From: Escherichia coli
Lineage (GTDB): Bacteria > Pseudomonadota > Gammaproteobacteria > Enterobacterales > Enterobacteriaceae
Direction: 5' to 3' (one strand)
NCBI RefSeq assembly: GCF_001677475.2
Contig: NZ_CP015229.1
Length of the DNA: 64,000 bases
How positions within the stretch are numbered: the first letter of the stretch is position 1; every line of letters starts with the position of its first letter. The notes under the pieces were generated by a model that had not been told where the DNA came from, did not search any database, and saw nothing but the letters and a program-made list of their open reading frames with translations. Positions 46,531-58,035 of this stretch are shown here, one piece after another. The translations under genes were made by a program, and so were the position numbers.

Positions 46531-47481
46531 ATGCTGAGCGCATTTCAACTGGAAAATAACCGACTGACCCGGCTGGAAGTCGAAGAGTCACAACCCCTTG
46601 TAAATGCAGTATGGATTGATCTTGTCGAACCGGACGACGACGAGCGACTGCGCGTACAATCTGAACTTGGTCAGAGCCTGGCAACCCGCCCGGAACTGGA
46701 AGACATCGAAGCATCGGCACGTTTCTTTGAAGACGATGACGGCCTGCATATTCACTCCTTCTTCTTCTTTGAAGATGCGGAAGATCACGCCGGTAACTCC
46801 ACTGTGGCATTTACCATCCGTGATGGTCGTCTGTTTACTCTGCGTGAGCGTGAACTGCCTGCATTCCGTCTGTATCGTATGCGTGCCCGTAGCCAGTCGA
46901 TGGTAGACGGTAATGCCTACGAGCTGCTGCTGGATCTGTTCGAAACCAAAATCGAACAGTTGGCAGATGAAATTGAAAATATCTATAGCGACCTGGAGCA
47001 GTTGAGCCGGGTGATTATGGAAGGGCATCAGGGCGATGAGTACGACGAGGCGCTCTCCACGCTGGCGGAACTGGAAGATATCGGCTGGAAAGTTCGCCTG
47101 TGTCTGATGGATACCCAGCGCGCGCTCAACTTCCTGGTACGTAAAGCACGCTTACCGGGTGGGCAACTGGAGCAGGCGCGTGAAATCCTGCGAGATATCG
47201 AATCCCTGCTGCCGCATAACGAATCCCTGTTCCAGAAGGTGAACTTCCTGATGCAGGCGGCGATGGGCTTTATCAACATCGAGCAGAACCGCATCATCAA
47301 AATCTTCTCGGTGGTATCCGTCGTGTTCCTGCCGCCGACGCTGGTCGCTTCCAGCTATGGGATGAACTTTGAGTTTATGCCGGAACTGAAGTGGAGTTTC
47401 GGCTACCCTGGCGCGATTATCTTTATGATCCTCGCGGGCCTGGCACCGTATCTGTACTTTAAGCGCAAGAACTGGTTGTAA
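46531..47481 (+). CDS. corA: Magnesium/cobalt transport protein CorA
   Basis: Translation [31 protein letters not shown]..., 316 aa, C-terminal [11 protein letters not shown] motif. Confidence 0.95.
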   Translation: MLSAFQLENNRLTRLEVEESQPLVNAVWIDLVEPDDDERLRVQSELGQSLATRPELEDIEASARFFEDDDGLHIHSFFFFEDAEDHAGNSTVAFTIRDGRLFTLRERELPAFRLYRMRARSQSMVDGNAYELLLDLFETKIEQLADEIENIYSDLEQLSRVIMEGHQGDEYDEALSTLAELEDIGWKVRLCLMDTQRALNFLVRKARLPGGQLEQAREILRDIESLLPHNESLFQKVNFLMQAAMGFINIEQNRIIKIFSVVSVVFLPPTLVASSYGMNFEFMPELKWSFGYPGAIIFMILAGLAPYLYFKRKNWL

Positions 47482-47490
47482 AAATAAGGC

Positions 47491-47515
47491 GGTGGCTTAG
47501 CCTGGCTAAGCCACC
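47491..47515. terminator. Hairpin between convergent corA and yigF
   Basis: ggtggcttag / ctaagccacc inverted repeat with 5-nt loop. Confidence 0.5.
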
Positions 47516-47521
47516 TGTTAT

Positions 47522-47902
47522 TCAAAGGCTCCAGGTATTTAACCCTTTTACCTCTTTCTCATAAAACCATTTGTTCGTGTTAACAGCAACATAGGCTGCT
47601 ACGGCAATTCCCAGAATGTTAACGCCAATTAGTGCACCAACAAATAGAGATAGAATGCCAAGTAATAGAACTATAATTGCTTTTTTCCATAATCCTAGAA
47701 CAAATAAATAGATCCAGGAACAGAAGAAAGCAATGAAATTCATTTGAATAGTTAATCGTTGTCTTACTTTTAATGTTTTAAATGCTGCTTTATATTCTGG
47801 TGTTGCCCCCCAGAATCCAGGAAAGCCATGTTGATCATAAAAATTAAATCGGTATTTCCATTTTTCACTTAATGAACCATCGTTCATATATTCCTTACTC
47901 AT
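47522..47902 (-). CDS. yigF: Small inner-membrane protein of unknown function
   Basis: Translation MSKEYMNDGSLSEKWKYRFNFYDQHGFPGFWGATPEYKAAFK... with two TM segments; AT-rich. Confidence 0.8.
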   Translation of the reverse strand: MSKEYMNDGSLSEKWKYRFNFYDQHGFPGFWGATPEYKAAFKTLKVRQRLTIQMNFIAFFCSWIYLFVLGLWKKAIIVLLLGILSLFVGALIGVNILGIAVAAYVAVNTNKWFYEKEVKGLNTWSL

Positions 47903-47915
47903 AAATACACCATAA

Positions 47916-48296
47916 CTATTGTTTTGATGAATCAGTAGGTGCAAGCATTAGCATACTGAAAGTGGAAAAATAACAAATCAAAAAAATCATCGAACCATTG
48001 CCTGAACAATCAAAATGTTCGGCTATCATTGTGATGATAGAGATGATATATACTGCTAATGTACCAAAAACATAAGTTTTTATATATATGAAACCACTAT
48101 CACGGAGTCGTTGGCAATTCATGTTGATGACGAGATAATGGAGTGCGATGGTAGAGACAATAACAAGAAAACCTGCGTCCCCATCGTTAAAAAAGATAAT
48201 AAGAAAGGCAAAAATGAAATTTATTAAAATAAATGAAAATATATAACGACGTCTGGAAATCTTACCGTTAGATGTTGGGATAAATATACGCAACAT
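47916..48296 (-). CDS. yigG: Small inner-membrane protein of unknown function; start uncertain (could be 48332 or 48356)
   Basis: Translation ...[36 protein letters not shown]...; AT-rich. Confidence 0.75.
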   Translation of the reverse strand: MLRIFIPTSNGKISRRRYIFSFILINFIFAFLIIFFNDGDAGFLVIVSTIALHYLVINMNCQRLRDSGFIYIKTYVFGTLAVYIISIITMIAEHFDCSGNGSMIFLICYFSTFSMLMLAPTDSSKQ

Positions 48297-48390
48297 AAAT
48301 TTTACATCCTTGTGTGAGTCTCCTGTCAGCATGGCAATATGCCCACTCTCATGCAAGAGTCGGCATATTTTTTCAGAATATATTTATTTT

Positions 48391-49281
48391 TTATTTGGAC
48401 GTTCTACGCTGCGTATAAATCGCATCCATCACAAAAATTGCCAGCGCCACCCAAATAAAGGCGAAAGTCACCATCTTATCGGCACCCGGTTTTTCACCAT
48501 AAAACGTCACAGCCAGCAGGAACATCAGTGTCGGGCCAATGTACTGGAAAAAGCCTAACGTTGAGAGACGCAGGCGTGTCGCAGCTGCAGTAAAACACAA
48601 CAGCGGTACGGTAGTGACAATACCGGCAGCGATCAGCAGTAAATTCAGCGATATCGGGTTTTGCCCCATATGGCTGGTTGCGCTGTCGGCAATAGCAAAC
48701 AGGTAAATCGCCGCCACGGGCAGCAACCACATGGTTTCGATTAACATGCCGGTTTGCGCTTCAACGGCAATCTTCTTTCGTACCAGGCCGTAGAAGGCAA
48801 AACTAAACGCCAGCCCCAGCGCGATGATCGGCAGTGAACCAAAAGTCCACAACTGAACCAACACGCCACATATCGCCAGAATCACCGCCAGCCATTGCAT
48901 CCGGCGGAATCGCTCGCCGAGGAAAATCATCCCCAGCACAATGTTCACCAGCGGATTAATAAAGTAACCAAGGCTTGCTTCCAGCATATGGTGATTGTTC
49001 ACCGCCCAGATAAACAGTAGCCAGTTGCCACCAATCAGCACGGCAGAGACTGCCAGCATAAAAATTTTCTGTGGCGTCCGAATCAGCGTTTTTAAATAGG
49101 ACCACTGGCGGCAAATGCTCATCAGCACCACCATAAAGAAAAACGACCAGATCACGCGATGCGTCAGGATCTCATCGGCGGGCACGTAGTAAATCAGCTT
49201 GAAGTACGCTGGCGCAATACCCCAAATAAAATAAGCGGCAAGAGCGAGTAATACGCCCTGCCGCGTTTGTTTTGCATCCAT
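48391..49281 (-). CDS. rarD: DMT-superfamily transporter RarD
   Basis: 296-aa 10-TM translation MDAKQTRQGVLLALAAYFIWGIAPAYFKLIYYVPADEILTHRVIWSFFFM... Confidence 0.9.
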   Translation of the reverse strand: MDAKQTRQGVLLALAAYFIWGIAPAYFKLIYYVPADEILTHRVIWSFFFMVVLMSICRQWSYLKTLIRTPQKIFMLAVSAVLIGGNWLLFIWAVNNHHMLEASLGYFINPLVNIVLGMIFLGERFRRMQWLAVILAICGVLVQLWTFGSLPIIALGLAFSFAFYGLVRKKIAVEAQTGMLIETMWLLPVAAIYLFAIADSATSHMGQNPISLNLLLIAAGIVTTVPLLCFTAAATRLRLSTLGFFQYIGPTLMFLLAVTFYGEKPGADKMVTFAFIWVALAIFVMDAIYTQRRTSK

Positions 49282-49332
49282 CGGGAATACTCATTTTTAA
49301 TTGGTAACAGCAGTTTACCTGCTTTTACGTTA

Positions 49333-49800
49333 TCAACCTACCATATAGGTGGCGGTGGCACTGGCAATATAAAGCTGTTCTTCATTGTGTAATTCAACGC
49401 GGGCGACGGCGACTTTATTGCCTGCACGCAACAGGCTACTGGTAGCAGTAAAACGCTCGCCCCTACCTGGGCGCAGATAATCAACGCGAAGATCAATGGT
49501 CCCCATCCGCGATAGCCGCTGGCGTAGTTCATCTTCACTGATGGTTTCGTGGCGGGTTAAGGTACTTCCCACGCACACCAGACCTGCGGCGACATCCAGC
49601 GCCGACGCAATGACCCCGCCGTGCAAAATGCTTTGCGCCCAGTTGCCCACCATCATCGGCTGATTTTTAAAGGCCAGCTGTGCGAACTCTTTTTCGTAAC
49701 GCTCCAGTTCCATCCCCAATGCGCGGTTAAATGGCATGTGATAAACAAACATCTCACCCACTAATTTCAGGGCTTGTTCAGCGGTCAGTACGGCAGACAT
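49333..49800 (-). CDS. yigI: Hotdog-fold thioesterase (PaaI-like)
   Basis: Translation [37 protein letters not shown]... Confidence 0.85.
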   Translation of the reverse strand: MSAVLTAEQALKLVGEMFVYHMPFNRALGMELERYEKEFAQLAFKNQPMMVGNWAQSILHGGVIASALDVAAGLVCVGSTLTRHETISEDELRQRLSRMGTIDLRVDYLRPGRGERFTATSSLLRAGNKVAVARVELHNEEQLYIASATATYMVG

Positions 49801-49964
49801 ATCATCCTTACACTTCATTGGTTAATGAAATGTTGATTTTATGCTTCTTTGTTGTTGGTTTCTACTTTAGGAAGGGATAACTAACGGCTATGGAGTTAAG
49901 TATGTAAAATAGCCCGCAGAAAAATATTCACCTTATCAATAATTCGTTACGGAGAACACGACCG

Positions 49965-50834
49965 ATGCGGACTCTGCAGGGCTGGTTGTTGCCGGTGTTT
50001 ATGTTGCCTATGGCAGTATATGCACAAGAGGCAACGGTGAAAGAGGTGCATGACGCGCCAGCGGTGCGTGGCAGTATTATCGCCAATATGCTGCAGGAGC
50101 ATGACAATCCGTTCACGCTCTATCCTTATGACACTAACTACCTCATCTACACACAAACCAGCGATCTGAATAAAGAAGCGATTGCCAGTTACGACTGGGC
50201 GGAAAATGCGCGTAAGGATGAAGTAAAGTTTCAGTTGAGCCTGGCATTTCCGCTGTGGCGTGGGATTTTAGGCCCGAACTCGGTATTGGGTGCGTCTTAT
50301 ACGCAAAAATCCTGGTGGCAACTGTCCAATAGCGAAGAGTCTTCACCGTTTCGTGAAACCAACTACGAACCGCAATTGTTCCTCGGTTTTGCCACCGATT
50401 ACCGTTTTGCAGGTTGGACGCTGCGCGATGTGGAGATGGGGTATAACCACGACTCTAACGGGCGTTCAGACCCGACCTCCCGCAGCTGGAACCGCCTTTA
50501 TACTCGCCTGATGGCAGAAAACGGTAACTGGCTGGTAGAAGTGAAGCCGTGGTATGTGGTGGGTAATACTGACGATAACCCGGATATCACCAAATATATG
50601 GGTTACTACCAGCTTAAAATCGGCTATCACCTCGGTGATGCGGTATTGAGTGCGAAAGGACAGTACAACTGGAACACGGGCTACGGCGGCGCGGAGTTAG
50701 GCTTAAGTTACCCGATCACCAAACATGTGCGCCTTTATACTCAGGTTTACAGCGGCTATGGCGAATCGCTCATCGACTATAACTTCAACCAGACCCGTGT
50801 CGGTGTGGGGGTTATGCTAAACGATTTGTTTTGA
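49965..50834 (+). CDS. pldA: Outer membrane phospholipase A
   Basis: 289-aa translation with signal peptide and C-terminal ...NQTRVGVGVMLNDLF beta-barrel end. Confidence 0.93.
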   Translation: MRTLQGWLLPVFMLPMAVYAQEATVKEVHDAPAVRGSIIANMLQEHDNPFTLYPYDTNYLIYTQTSDLNKEAIASYDWAENARKDEVKFQLSLAFPLWRGILGPNSVLGASYTQKSWWQLSNSEESSPFRETNYEPQLFLGFATDYRFAGWTLRDVEMGYNHDSNGRSDPTSRSWNRLYTRLMAENGNWLVEVKPWYVVGNTDDNPDITKYMGYYQLKIGYHLGDAVLSAKGQYNWNTGYGGAELGLSYPITKHVRLYTQVYSGYGESLIDYNFNQTRVGVGVMLNDLF

Positions 50835-50917
50835 TGAACGGTTGAGTGGTTGGCAAATCTGGAATCCAGCATCCAGGATTACCCTCTCAGAGACTAAAAG
50901 CATTGCAGTTTCTCGCG

Positions 50918-50948
50918 CAGGCGCTGAAAATAGCGCCTGTTTTTATTT
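50918..50948 (+). terminator. Intrinsic terminator after pldA
   Basis: caggcgct / agcgcctg stem with gaaaat loop followed by tttttattt. Confidence 0.65.
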
Positions 50949-50966
50949 CAGGCAATCGGGGTGAAT

Positions 50967-52796
50967 GTGGCGCAGGCGGAAGTGTTGAATCTGGAGTCCG
51001 GAGCTAAACAGGTTTTACAAGAAACCTTTGGCTACCAACAGTTTCGCCCCGGCCAGGAAGAAATTATCGACACTGTGCTTTCCGGCCGCGATTGCCTCGT
51101 CGTCATGCCCACTGGTGGCGGAAAATCCCTTTGCTATCAAATCCCTGCCTTATTGCTAAACGGCCTTACCGTGGTTGTTTCACCGCTGATTTCGTTGATG
51201 AAAGATCAGGTGGATCAACTGCAAGCCAACGGGGTGGCGGCGGCGTGCCTTAACTCGACGCAAACCCGCGAGCAGCAACTTGAAGTGATGACAGGCTGCC
51301 GCACCGGGCAAATTCGTCTGCTTTATATCGCCCCGGAACGCCTGATGCTGGATAACTTTCTTGAGCATCTGGCGCACTGGAATCCGGTGTTATTAGCCGT
51401 TGATGAAGCGCACTGTATCTCCCAATGGGGCCACGATTTCCGCCCGGAATATGCCGCGCTCGGTCAGTTGCGCCAGCGGTTCCCGACGCTGCCGTTTATG
51501 GCGCTGACTGCCACAGCCGACGACACCACGCGCCAGGATATCGTGCGCCTGCTGGGGCTGAACGATCCGCTGATTCAAATCAGCAGTTTTGACCGTCCGA
51601 ATATTCGCTACATGCTGATGGAGAAATTCAAACCGCTCGATCAGTTGATGCGCTACGTGCAGGAACAGCGCGGTAAGTCCGGCATTATCTACTGCAACAG
51701 CCGGGCGAAAGTAGAAGACACCGCTGCGCGCCTGCAAAGCAAGGGTATTAGCGCGGCGGCCTATCATGCCGGGCTGGAAAATAATGTCCGCGCCGACGTG
51801 CAGGAAAAATTTCAGCGCGATGACCTGCAAATTGTGGTGGCGACGGTGGCGTTCGGCATGGGCATCAATAAACCAAACGTTCGCTTCGTGGTGCATTTTG
51901 ATATTCCGCGCAATATCGAATCCTATTATCAAGAAACCGGACGCGCCGGGCGTGATGGCCTGCCCGCGGAAGCGATGCTGTTTTACGATCCGGCTGATAT
52001 GGCGTGGCTGCGCCGTTGTCTGGAAGAGAAGCCGCAGGGGCAGTTGCAGGATATCGAGCGCCACAAACTCAATGCGATGGGCGCGTTTGCCGAAGCGCAA
52101 ACTTGCCGTCGTCTGGTATTGCTGAACTATTTTGGTGAAGGGCGTCAGGAGCCGTGCGGAAACTGCGATATTTGCCTCGATCCGCCGAAACGGTACGATG
52201 GTTCAACCGATGCACAGATTGCCCTTTCCACCATTGGTCGGGTGAATCAGCGTTTTGGTATGGGTTATGTGGTGGAAGTGATTCGCGGTGCTAATAATCA
52301 GCGTATCCGCGACTATGGTCATGACAAACTGAAAGTCTATGGCATGGGCCGTGATAAAAGCCATGAACATTGGGTTAGCGTGATCCGCCAGCTGATTCAC
52401 CTCGGCCTGGTGACGCAAAATATTGCCCAGCATTCTGCCCTACAACTGACAGAGGCCGCACGCCCGGTGCTGCGCGGCGAATCCTCTTTGCAACTTGCCG
52501 TGCCGCGTATCGTGGCGCTCAAACCGAAAGCGATGCAGAAATCCTTCGGCGGCAATTACGATCGCAAACTGTTCGCCAAATTACGCAAACTGCGTAAATC
52601 GATTGCCGATGAAAGTAATGTCCCGCCGTACGTGGTATTTAACGACGCAACCTTGATTGAGATGGCGGAACAGATGCCGATCACTGCCAGCGAAATGCTC
52701 AGCGTTAACGGCGTTGGGATGCGCAAGCTGGAACGCTTTGGCAAACCGTTTATGGCGCTGATTCGTGCGCATGTCGATGGCGATGACGAAGAGTAG
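50967..52796 (+). CDS. recQ: ATP-dependent DNA helicase RecQ
   Basis: Translation from GTG 50967 [34 protein letters not shown]..., 609 aa. Confidence 0.95.
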   Translation: MAQAEVLNLESGAKQVLQETFGYQQFRPGQEEIIDTVLSGRDCLVVMPTGGGKSLCYQIPALLLNGLTVVVSPLISLMKDQVDQLQANGVAAACLNSTQTREQQLEVMTGCRTGQIRLLYIAPERLMLDNFLEHLAHWNPVLLAVDEAHCISQWGHDFRPEYAALGQLRQRFPTLPFMALTATADDTTRQDIVRLLGLNDPLIQISSFDRPNIRYMLMEKFKPLDQLMRYVQEQRGKSGIIYCNSRAKVEDTAARLQSKGISAAAYHAGLENNVRADVQEKFQRDDLQIVVATVAFGMGINKPNVRFVVHFDIPRNIESYYQETGRAGRDGLPAEAMLFYDPADMAWLRRCLEEKPQGQLQDIERHKLNAMGAFAEAQTCRRLVLLNYFGEGRQEPCGNCDICLDPPKRYDGSTDAQIALSTIGRVNQRFGMGYVVEVIRGANNQRIRDYGHDKLKVYGMGRDKSHEHWVSVIRQLIHLGLVTQNIAQHSALQLTEAARPVLRGESSLQLAVPRIVALKPKAMQKSFGGNYDRKLFAKLRKLRKSIADESNVPPYVVFNDATLIEMAEQMPITASEMLSVNGVGMRKLERFGKPFMALIRAHVDGDDEE

Positions 52797-52859
52797 TCAG
52801 CAGGATAAAAAAGTGCCAGGATGAAGACTCCGTAAACGCTTCCCCCGCGAGTCTAATGT

Positions 52860-53480
52860 ATGTTGATGTTATTCCTCACCGTCGCCATGGTGCACATTGT
52901 GGCGCTTATGAGCCCCGGTCCCGATTTCTTTTTTGTCTCTCAGACCGCTGTCAGTCGTTCCCGTAAAGAAGCGATGATGGGCGTGCTGGGCATTACCTGC
53001 GGCGTAATGGTTTGGGCTGGGATTGCGTTGCTTGGCCTGCATTTGATTATCGAAAAAATGGCCTGGCTGCATACGCTAATTATGGTGGGCGGTGGCCTGT
53101 ATCTCTGCTGGATGGGTTACCAGATGCTACGCGGCGCACTGAAAAAAGAGGCTGTATCTGCGCCTGCACCACAGGTTGAGCTGGCGAAAAGCGGGCGCAG
53201 TTTCCTGAAAGGCTTACTGACCAATCTCGCCAATCCGAAAGCGATTATCTACTTTGGCTCGGTGTTCTCGCTGTTTGTTGGCGATAACGTCGGCACTACC
53301 GAACGCTGGGGCATTTTTGCGTTGATTATTATCGAAACGCTGGCGTGGTTTACCGTTGTTGCCAGCCTGTTTGCGCTACCGCAAATGCGCAGGGGTTATC
53401 AACGTCTGGCGAAGTGGATCGACGGTTTTGCCGGAGCGTTATTTGCCGGATTTGGCATTCATTTGATTATTTCGCGTTGA
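52860..53480 (+). CDS. rhtC: Threonine efflux protein (LysE/RhtB family)
   Basis: 206-aa LysE-type translation MLMLFLTVAMVHIVALMSPGPDFFFVSQTAVSRSRKEAMMGVLGI... Confidence 0.93.
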   Translation: MLMLFLTVAMVHIVALMSPGPDFFFVSQTAVSRSRKEAMMGVLGITCGVMVWAGIALLGLHLIIEKMAWLHTLIMVGGGLYLCWMGYQMLRGALKKEAVSAPAPQVELAKSGRSFLKGLLTNLANPKAIIYFGSVFSLFVGDNVGTTERWGIFALIIIETLAWFTVVASLFALPQMRRGYQRLAKWIDGFAGALFAGFGIHLIISR

Positions 53481-53499
53481 TGCCAGACGCATTATCAGA

Positions 53500-53533
53500 G
53501 TAGGTCGGATAAGGCGTTTACGCCGCATCCGAC
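53500..53533. repeat. REP element between convergent rhtC and rhtB
   Basis: gtaggtcggataaggcgtttacgccgcatccgac. Confidence 0.7.
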
Positions 53534-53540
53534 ATTATTT

Positions 53541-54161
53541 TCAGGCATGTCTTGCCGATGCCAACAGCGCCCCCACCAGCATAAACAGCGAGCCGAATAT
53601 CTTATTCAGCGCCTTCATCTGTTTCGGCCCTTTAATCCAGAGTGCGATTCGTTGGGCGAGGGTGGCGTAACCGATCATCACAATAATATCGACCACAATA
53701 GTGGTGACGCCGAGCACGATATACTGCATCAGTTGCGGCTGTTGCGGCATGATGAATTGCGGAAATAGCGCCGCCAGAAACACAATACTTTTGGGATTGG
53801 TGAGATTCACAAAAACTGCGCGCTGGAACAAATGTCGACGTGATTGAGTAGAGGCCAGCGATTTAAGATCAATTGCGCCAGCGGCGCGCCACTGCTGGAT
53901 CCCAAGCCAAATCAGATAAGCTGCGCCCGCCCACTTCAACACTTCAAACGCAATCACTGAGCGGGAAAACAGCGTCCCCAAACCTACGCCAACCAGCACA
54001 ATATGAATCGCCAGTCCGGTCTGAAGCCCAGCAATAGACGCCACCGCGCCGCGATAACCGTGGTTGAGCGAGGTGGTCATGGTGTTGATTGCGCCAGAGC
54101 CTGGCGACAGGCTTAAAATGATCGATGTCAGCAGGTAGGCAAACCACCATTCTAAGGTCAT
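53541..54161 (-). CDS. rhtB: Homoserine/homoserine-lactone efflux protein (LysE/RhtB family)
   Basis: 206-aa translation [39 protein letters not shown]... Confidence 0.93.
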
Positions 54162-54271
54162 GATGAACTCCCGGTGTGTCTATTTTTGTGCCACAATACG
54201 CTACTGTCGCAGCGTTGTGTCAGGCACGCTTAAAAAAACGATTTTACGTGGTTTAAGAGGCAGATTACCCG

Positions 54272-55294
54272 ATGTTTCAGCAGCAAAAAGACTGGGAAAC
54301 AAGAGAAAACGCGTTTGCTGCTTTTACCATGGGACCGCTGACTGATTTCTGGCGTCAGCGTGATGAAGCAGAGTTTACTGGTGTGGATGACATTCCGGTG
54401 CGCTTTGTCCGTTTTCGCGCACAGCACCATGACCGGGTGGTAGTCATCTGCCCGGGGCGTATTGAGAGCTACGTAAAATATGCGGAACTGGCCTACGACC
54501 TGTTCCATTTGGGGTTTGATGTCTTAATCATCGACCATCGCGGGCAGGGACGTTCCGGTCGCCTGTTAGCCGATCCGCATCTCGGGCATGTTAATCGCTT
54601 TAATGATTATGTTGATGATCTGGCGGCATTCTGGCAACAGGAGGTTCAGCCCGGTCCGTGGCGTAAACGCTATATACTGGCGCACTCGATGGGCGGTGCG
54701 ATCACCACATTATTTCTGCAACGCCATCCTGGGGTATGCGACGCCATTGCGCTAACTGCGCCAATGTTTGGGATCGTGATTCGTATGCCGTCATTTATGG
54801 CACGGCAGATCCTCAACTGGGCCGAAGCGCATCCACGTTTCCGCGATGGCTATGCAATAGGCACCGGGCGCTGGCGCGCGTTGCCGTTTGCTATCAACGT
54901 ACTGACCCACAGCAGACAGCGATATCGACGTAACTTACGCTTCTATGCTGATGACCCAACGATTCGCGTCGGTGGGCCGACCTACCATTGGGTACGCGAA
55001 AGTATTCTGGCTGGCGAACAGGTGTTAGCCGGTGCGGGTGATGACGCCACGCCAACGCTTCTCTTACAAGCTGAAGAGGAACGCGTGGTGGATAACCGCA
55101 TGCACGACCGTTTTTGTGAACTCCGCACCGCCGCGGGCCATCCTGTCGAAGGTGGACGGCCGTTGGTAATTAAAGGTGCGTACCATGAGATCCTTTTTGA
55201 AAAGGACGCAATGCGCTCAGTCGCGCTCCACGCCATCGTTGATTTTTTCAACAGGCATAACTCACCCAGCGGAAACCGCTCTACAGAGGTTTAA
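54272..55294 (+). CDS. pldB: Lysophospholipase L2
   Basis: 340-aa alpha/beta hydrolase with GHSMGG nucleophile elbow. Confidence 0.93.
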   Translation: MFQQQKDWETRENAFAAFTMGPLTDFWRQRDEAEFTGVDDIPVRFVRFRAQHHDRVVVICPGRIESYVKYAELAYDLFHLGFDVLIIDHRGQGRSGRLLADPHLGHVNRFNDYVDDLAAFWQQEVQPGPWRKRYILAHSMGGAITTLFLQRHPGVCDAIALTAPMFGIVIRMPSFMARQILNWAEAHPRFRDGYAIGTGRWRALPFAINVLTHSRQRYRRNLRFYADDPTIRVGGPTYHWVRESILAGEQVLAGAGDDATPTLLLQAEEERVVDNRMHDRFCELRTAAGHPVEGGRPLVIKGAYHEILFEKDAMRSVALHAIVDFFNRHNSPSGNRSTEV

Positions 55295-55301
55295 ATTTCT
55301 T

Positions 55302-56102
55302 ATGTACCAGGTTGTTGCGTCTGATTTAGATGGCACGTTACTTTCTCCCGACCATACGTTATCCCCTTACGCCAAAGAAACTCTGAAGCTGCTCACCGCG
55401 CGCGGCATCAACTTTGTGTTTGCGACCGGTCGTCACCACGTTGATGTGGGGCAAATTCGCGATAATCTGGAGATTAAGTCTTACATGATTACCTCCAATG
55501 GTGCGCGCGTTCACGATCTGGATGGTAATCTGATTTTTGCTCATAACCTGGATCGCGACATTGCCAGCGATCTGTTTGGCGTAGTCAACGACAATCCGGA
55601 CATCATTACTAACGTTTATCGCGACGACGAATGGTTTATGAATCGCCATCGCCCGGAAGAGATGCGCTTTTTTAAAGAAGCGGTGTTCAAATATGCGCTG
55701 TATGAGCCTGGATTACTGGAGCCGGAAGGCGTCAGCAAAGTGTTTTTCACCTGCGATTCCCATGAACAACTGCTGCCGCTGGAGCAGGCGATTAACGCTC
55801 GCTGGGGCGATCGCGTCAACGTCAGTTTCTCTACCTTAACCTGTCTGGAAGTGATGGCGGGCGGCGTGTCGAAAGGCCATGCGCTGGAAGCAGTGGCGAA
55901 GAAACTGGGCTACAGCCTGAAGGATTGTATTGCGTTTGGTGACGGGATGAACGACGCCGAAATGCTGTCGATGGCGGGGAAAGGCTGCATTATGGGCAGT
56001 GCGCACCAGCGTCTGAAAGATCTGCATCCGGAGCTGGAAGTGATTGGTACTAATGCCGACGACGCGGTGCCGCATTATCTGCGTAAACTCTATTTATCGT
56101 AA
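55302..56102 (+). CDS. yigL: HAD-family (Cof-type) sugar/pyridoxal phosphate phosphatase
   Basis: Translation from ATG 55302 MYQVVASDLDGTLLSPDHTLSPYAKETLKLLTARGINFVFATGRHH..., 266 aa. Confidence 0.9.
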   Translation: MYQVVASDLDGTLLSPDHTLSPYAKETLKLLTARGINFVFATGRHHVDVGQIRDNLEIKSYMITSNGARVHDLDGNLIFAHNLDRDIASDLFGVVNDNPDIITNVYRDDEWFMNRHRPEEMRFFKEAVFKYALYEPGLLEPEGVSKVFFTCDSHEQLLPLEQAINARWGDRVNVSFSTLTCLEVMAGGVSKGHALEAVAKKLGYSLKDCIAFGDGMNDAEMLSMAGKGCIMGSAHQRLKDLHPELEVIGTNADDAVPHYLRKLYLS

Positions 56103-56177
56103 TCGTTCTTTATTTGGTCAGTTGTCAACCTGATACTTCGCTACAATGGATACTCGTTAATCAAAGAGTTTTCCATT

Positions 56178-57077
56178 GTGGCGCTACTTATCATCACCAC
56201 GATTCTGTGGGCCTTCTCCTTTAGCTTTTATGGCGAGTACCTTGCGGGGCACGTCGATAGCTATTTTGCGGTGCTGGCGCGCGTTGGCCTGGCGGCACTC
56301 GTTTTTCTGCCGTTTCTGCGTACCCGTGGCAATAGCCTGAAAACAGTCGGCCTGTATATGCTGGTGGGCGCGATGCAGCTCGGCGTGATGTATATGCTGA
56401 GTTTCCGCGCCTATCTCTACCTGACGGTCTCTGAACTGCTGCTGTTTACCGTGCTGACGCCGCTCTACATCACGCTGATTTATGACATTATGAGCAGACG
56501 TCGTCTGCGCTGGGGCTATGCCTTTAGCGCCTTGCTGGCGGTGATTGGTGCCGGGATTATTCGCTATGATCAGGTCACCGACCATTTCTGGACTGGCTTG
56601 TTGCTGGTGCAACTCTCCAATATCACTTTTGCCATCGGCATGGTGGGTTACAAACGCCTGATGGAAACTCGCCCGATGCCGCAGCATAACGCCTTTGCGT
56701 GGTTCTATCTTGGCGCGTTCCTGGTGGCGGTAATTGCATGGTTCTTGCTGGGCAATACGCAGAAAATGCCGGAAACAACGCTGCAATGGGGCATTCTGGT
56801 ATTTCTTGGCGTGGTGGCTTCAGGGATTGGCTACTTTATGTGGAACTACGGCGCGACGCAGGTGGACGCCGGAACGCTCGGCATTATGAACAATATGCAC
56901 GTTCCGGCAGGGCTGCTGGTTAACCTGGCTATCTGGCACCAACAGCCGCACTGGCCAACGTTTATTACAGGCGCGCTGGTGATCCTGGCCTCACTGTGGG
57001 TGCATCGTAAGTGGGTCGCTCCGCGCTCTTCACAAACGGCAGATGATCGCAGGCGTGATTGCGCGCTGAGCGAATAA
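56178..57077 (+). CDS. yigM: DMT/EamA-family transporter (biotin transporter YigM/BioP)
   Basis: 299-aa 10-TM translation; 3' end overlaps the convergent metR by 113 nt. Confidence 0.85.
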   Translation: MALLIITTILWAFSFSFYGEYLAGHVDSYFAVLARVGLAALVFLPFLRTRGNSLKTVGLYMLVGAMQLGVMYMLSFRAYLYLTVSELLLFTVLTPLYITLIYDIMSRRRLRWGYAFSALLAVIGAGIIRYDQVTDHFWTGLLLVQLSNITFAIGMVGYKRLMETRPMPQHNAFAWFYLGAFLVAVIAWFLLGNTQKMPETTLQWGILVFLGVVASGIGYFMWNYGATQVDAGTLGIMNNMHVPAGLLVNLAIWHQQPHWPTFITGALVILASLWVHRKWVAPRSSQTADDRRRDCALSE

Positions 57078-57918
57078 ACGCTTCCGTAACTGGCTGACGC
57101 TGCTCTCCATCGCGCACGGCGGCGTAAAGTCGGCTCCACAAGCCTTCGCCCAGGGTTTTGGTCACCACCAGAACCTGGCGTTCAAAACTCTCTACTACCC
57201 AATGCGGTAGCGCGGCAATACCCATCCGCGCGGCAACCATCTGAATCAACAATAAGGTGTTATCGACGCTTTTCAGTGACGGGCTGACGCCTGCCGGCTG
57301 AAGAAAATGCCGCCAGACATCCAGTCGACTACGCTGTACCGGATAAATCAACAGCGTCTCGCTGGCTAGATCTTCCGGTGTAATTCGCGTTTTCGCCGCC
57401 AGTGGATGGTCAGGTGCTAACACCAGACGCACTTCATAATCGAACATCGGCGAATAATGCAGGCCACTGCGCGGCAGAATATCGGAGGTCATCACCAGAT
57501 CCAGCTCGCCCTGCTGCAACGCAGGCTGCGGGTCAAACGTTACGCCTGATTTAAAATCCATCTCGACCTGCGGCCAGTTCTTATGGAAATTTTCTAACGC
57601 GGGTGTCAGCCACTGAATACAGCTATGGCACTCAATGGCAATACGCAGGCGCGTTTGCTGCGGTTCATTGCAGGCTTGCAGTGCCTGACTGATTTGCGGC
57701 AGTACCTGGTTTGCCAGTTGCAATAGGATTTCTCCCTGCGGCGTAAAACGTAGCGGCTGGCTTTTACGCACAAATAGCCGGAAGCCAAGGCGTTGTTCCA
57801 GATCGCTAAACTGGTGAGACAGGGCGGATTGCGTCTGATGCAACGTCGCCGCAGCGGCTGCGAGCGAGCCGCAATTCCGCAACGCTTGTAGCGTTTTCAG
57901 GTGTTTTACTTCGATCAT
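56965..57918 (-). CDS. metR: LysR-family transcriptional activator of metE/metH
   Basis: 317-aa translation [63 protein letters not shown]...; divergent from metE. Confidence 0.95.
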   Translation of the reverse strand: MIEVKHLKTLQALRNCGSLAAAAATLHQTQSALSHQFSDLEQRLGFRLFVRKSQPLRFTPQGEILLQLANQVLPQISQALQACNEPQQTRLRIAIECHSCIQWLTPALENFHKNWPQVEMDFKSGVTFDPQPALQQGELDLVMTSDILPRSGLHYSPMFDYEVRLVLAPDHPLAAKTRITPEDLASETLLIYPVQRSRLDVWRHFLQPAGVSPSLKSVDNTLLLIQMVAARMGIAALPHWVVESFERQVLVVTKTLGEGLWSRLYAAVRDGEQRQPVTEAFIRSARNHACDHLPFVKSAERPTYDAPTVRPGSPARL

Positions 57919-58035
57919 GAAAGTCCTTCACTTCGGCATGAATAATTTGCGCTTGAGGAATATACAGTAACCGCCAATTATGGATGTGTAAACATCTGGA
58001 CGGCTAAATACTAAAAATTCCATAAGGGGCATATA
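57919..58035. promoter_or_regulatory. metR/metE divergent control region (MetR and MetJ sites expected)
   Basis: 117-nt spacer; contains aaacatctggacggctaaat with tandem met-box-like octamers (consensus AGACGTCT). Confidence 0.5.
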
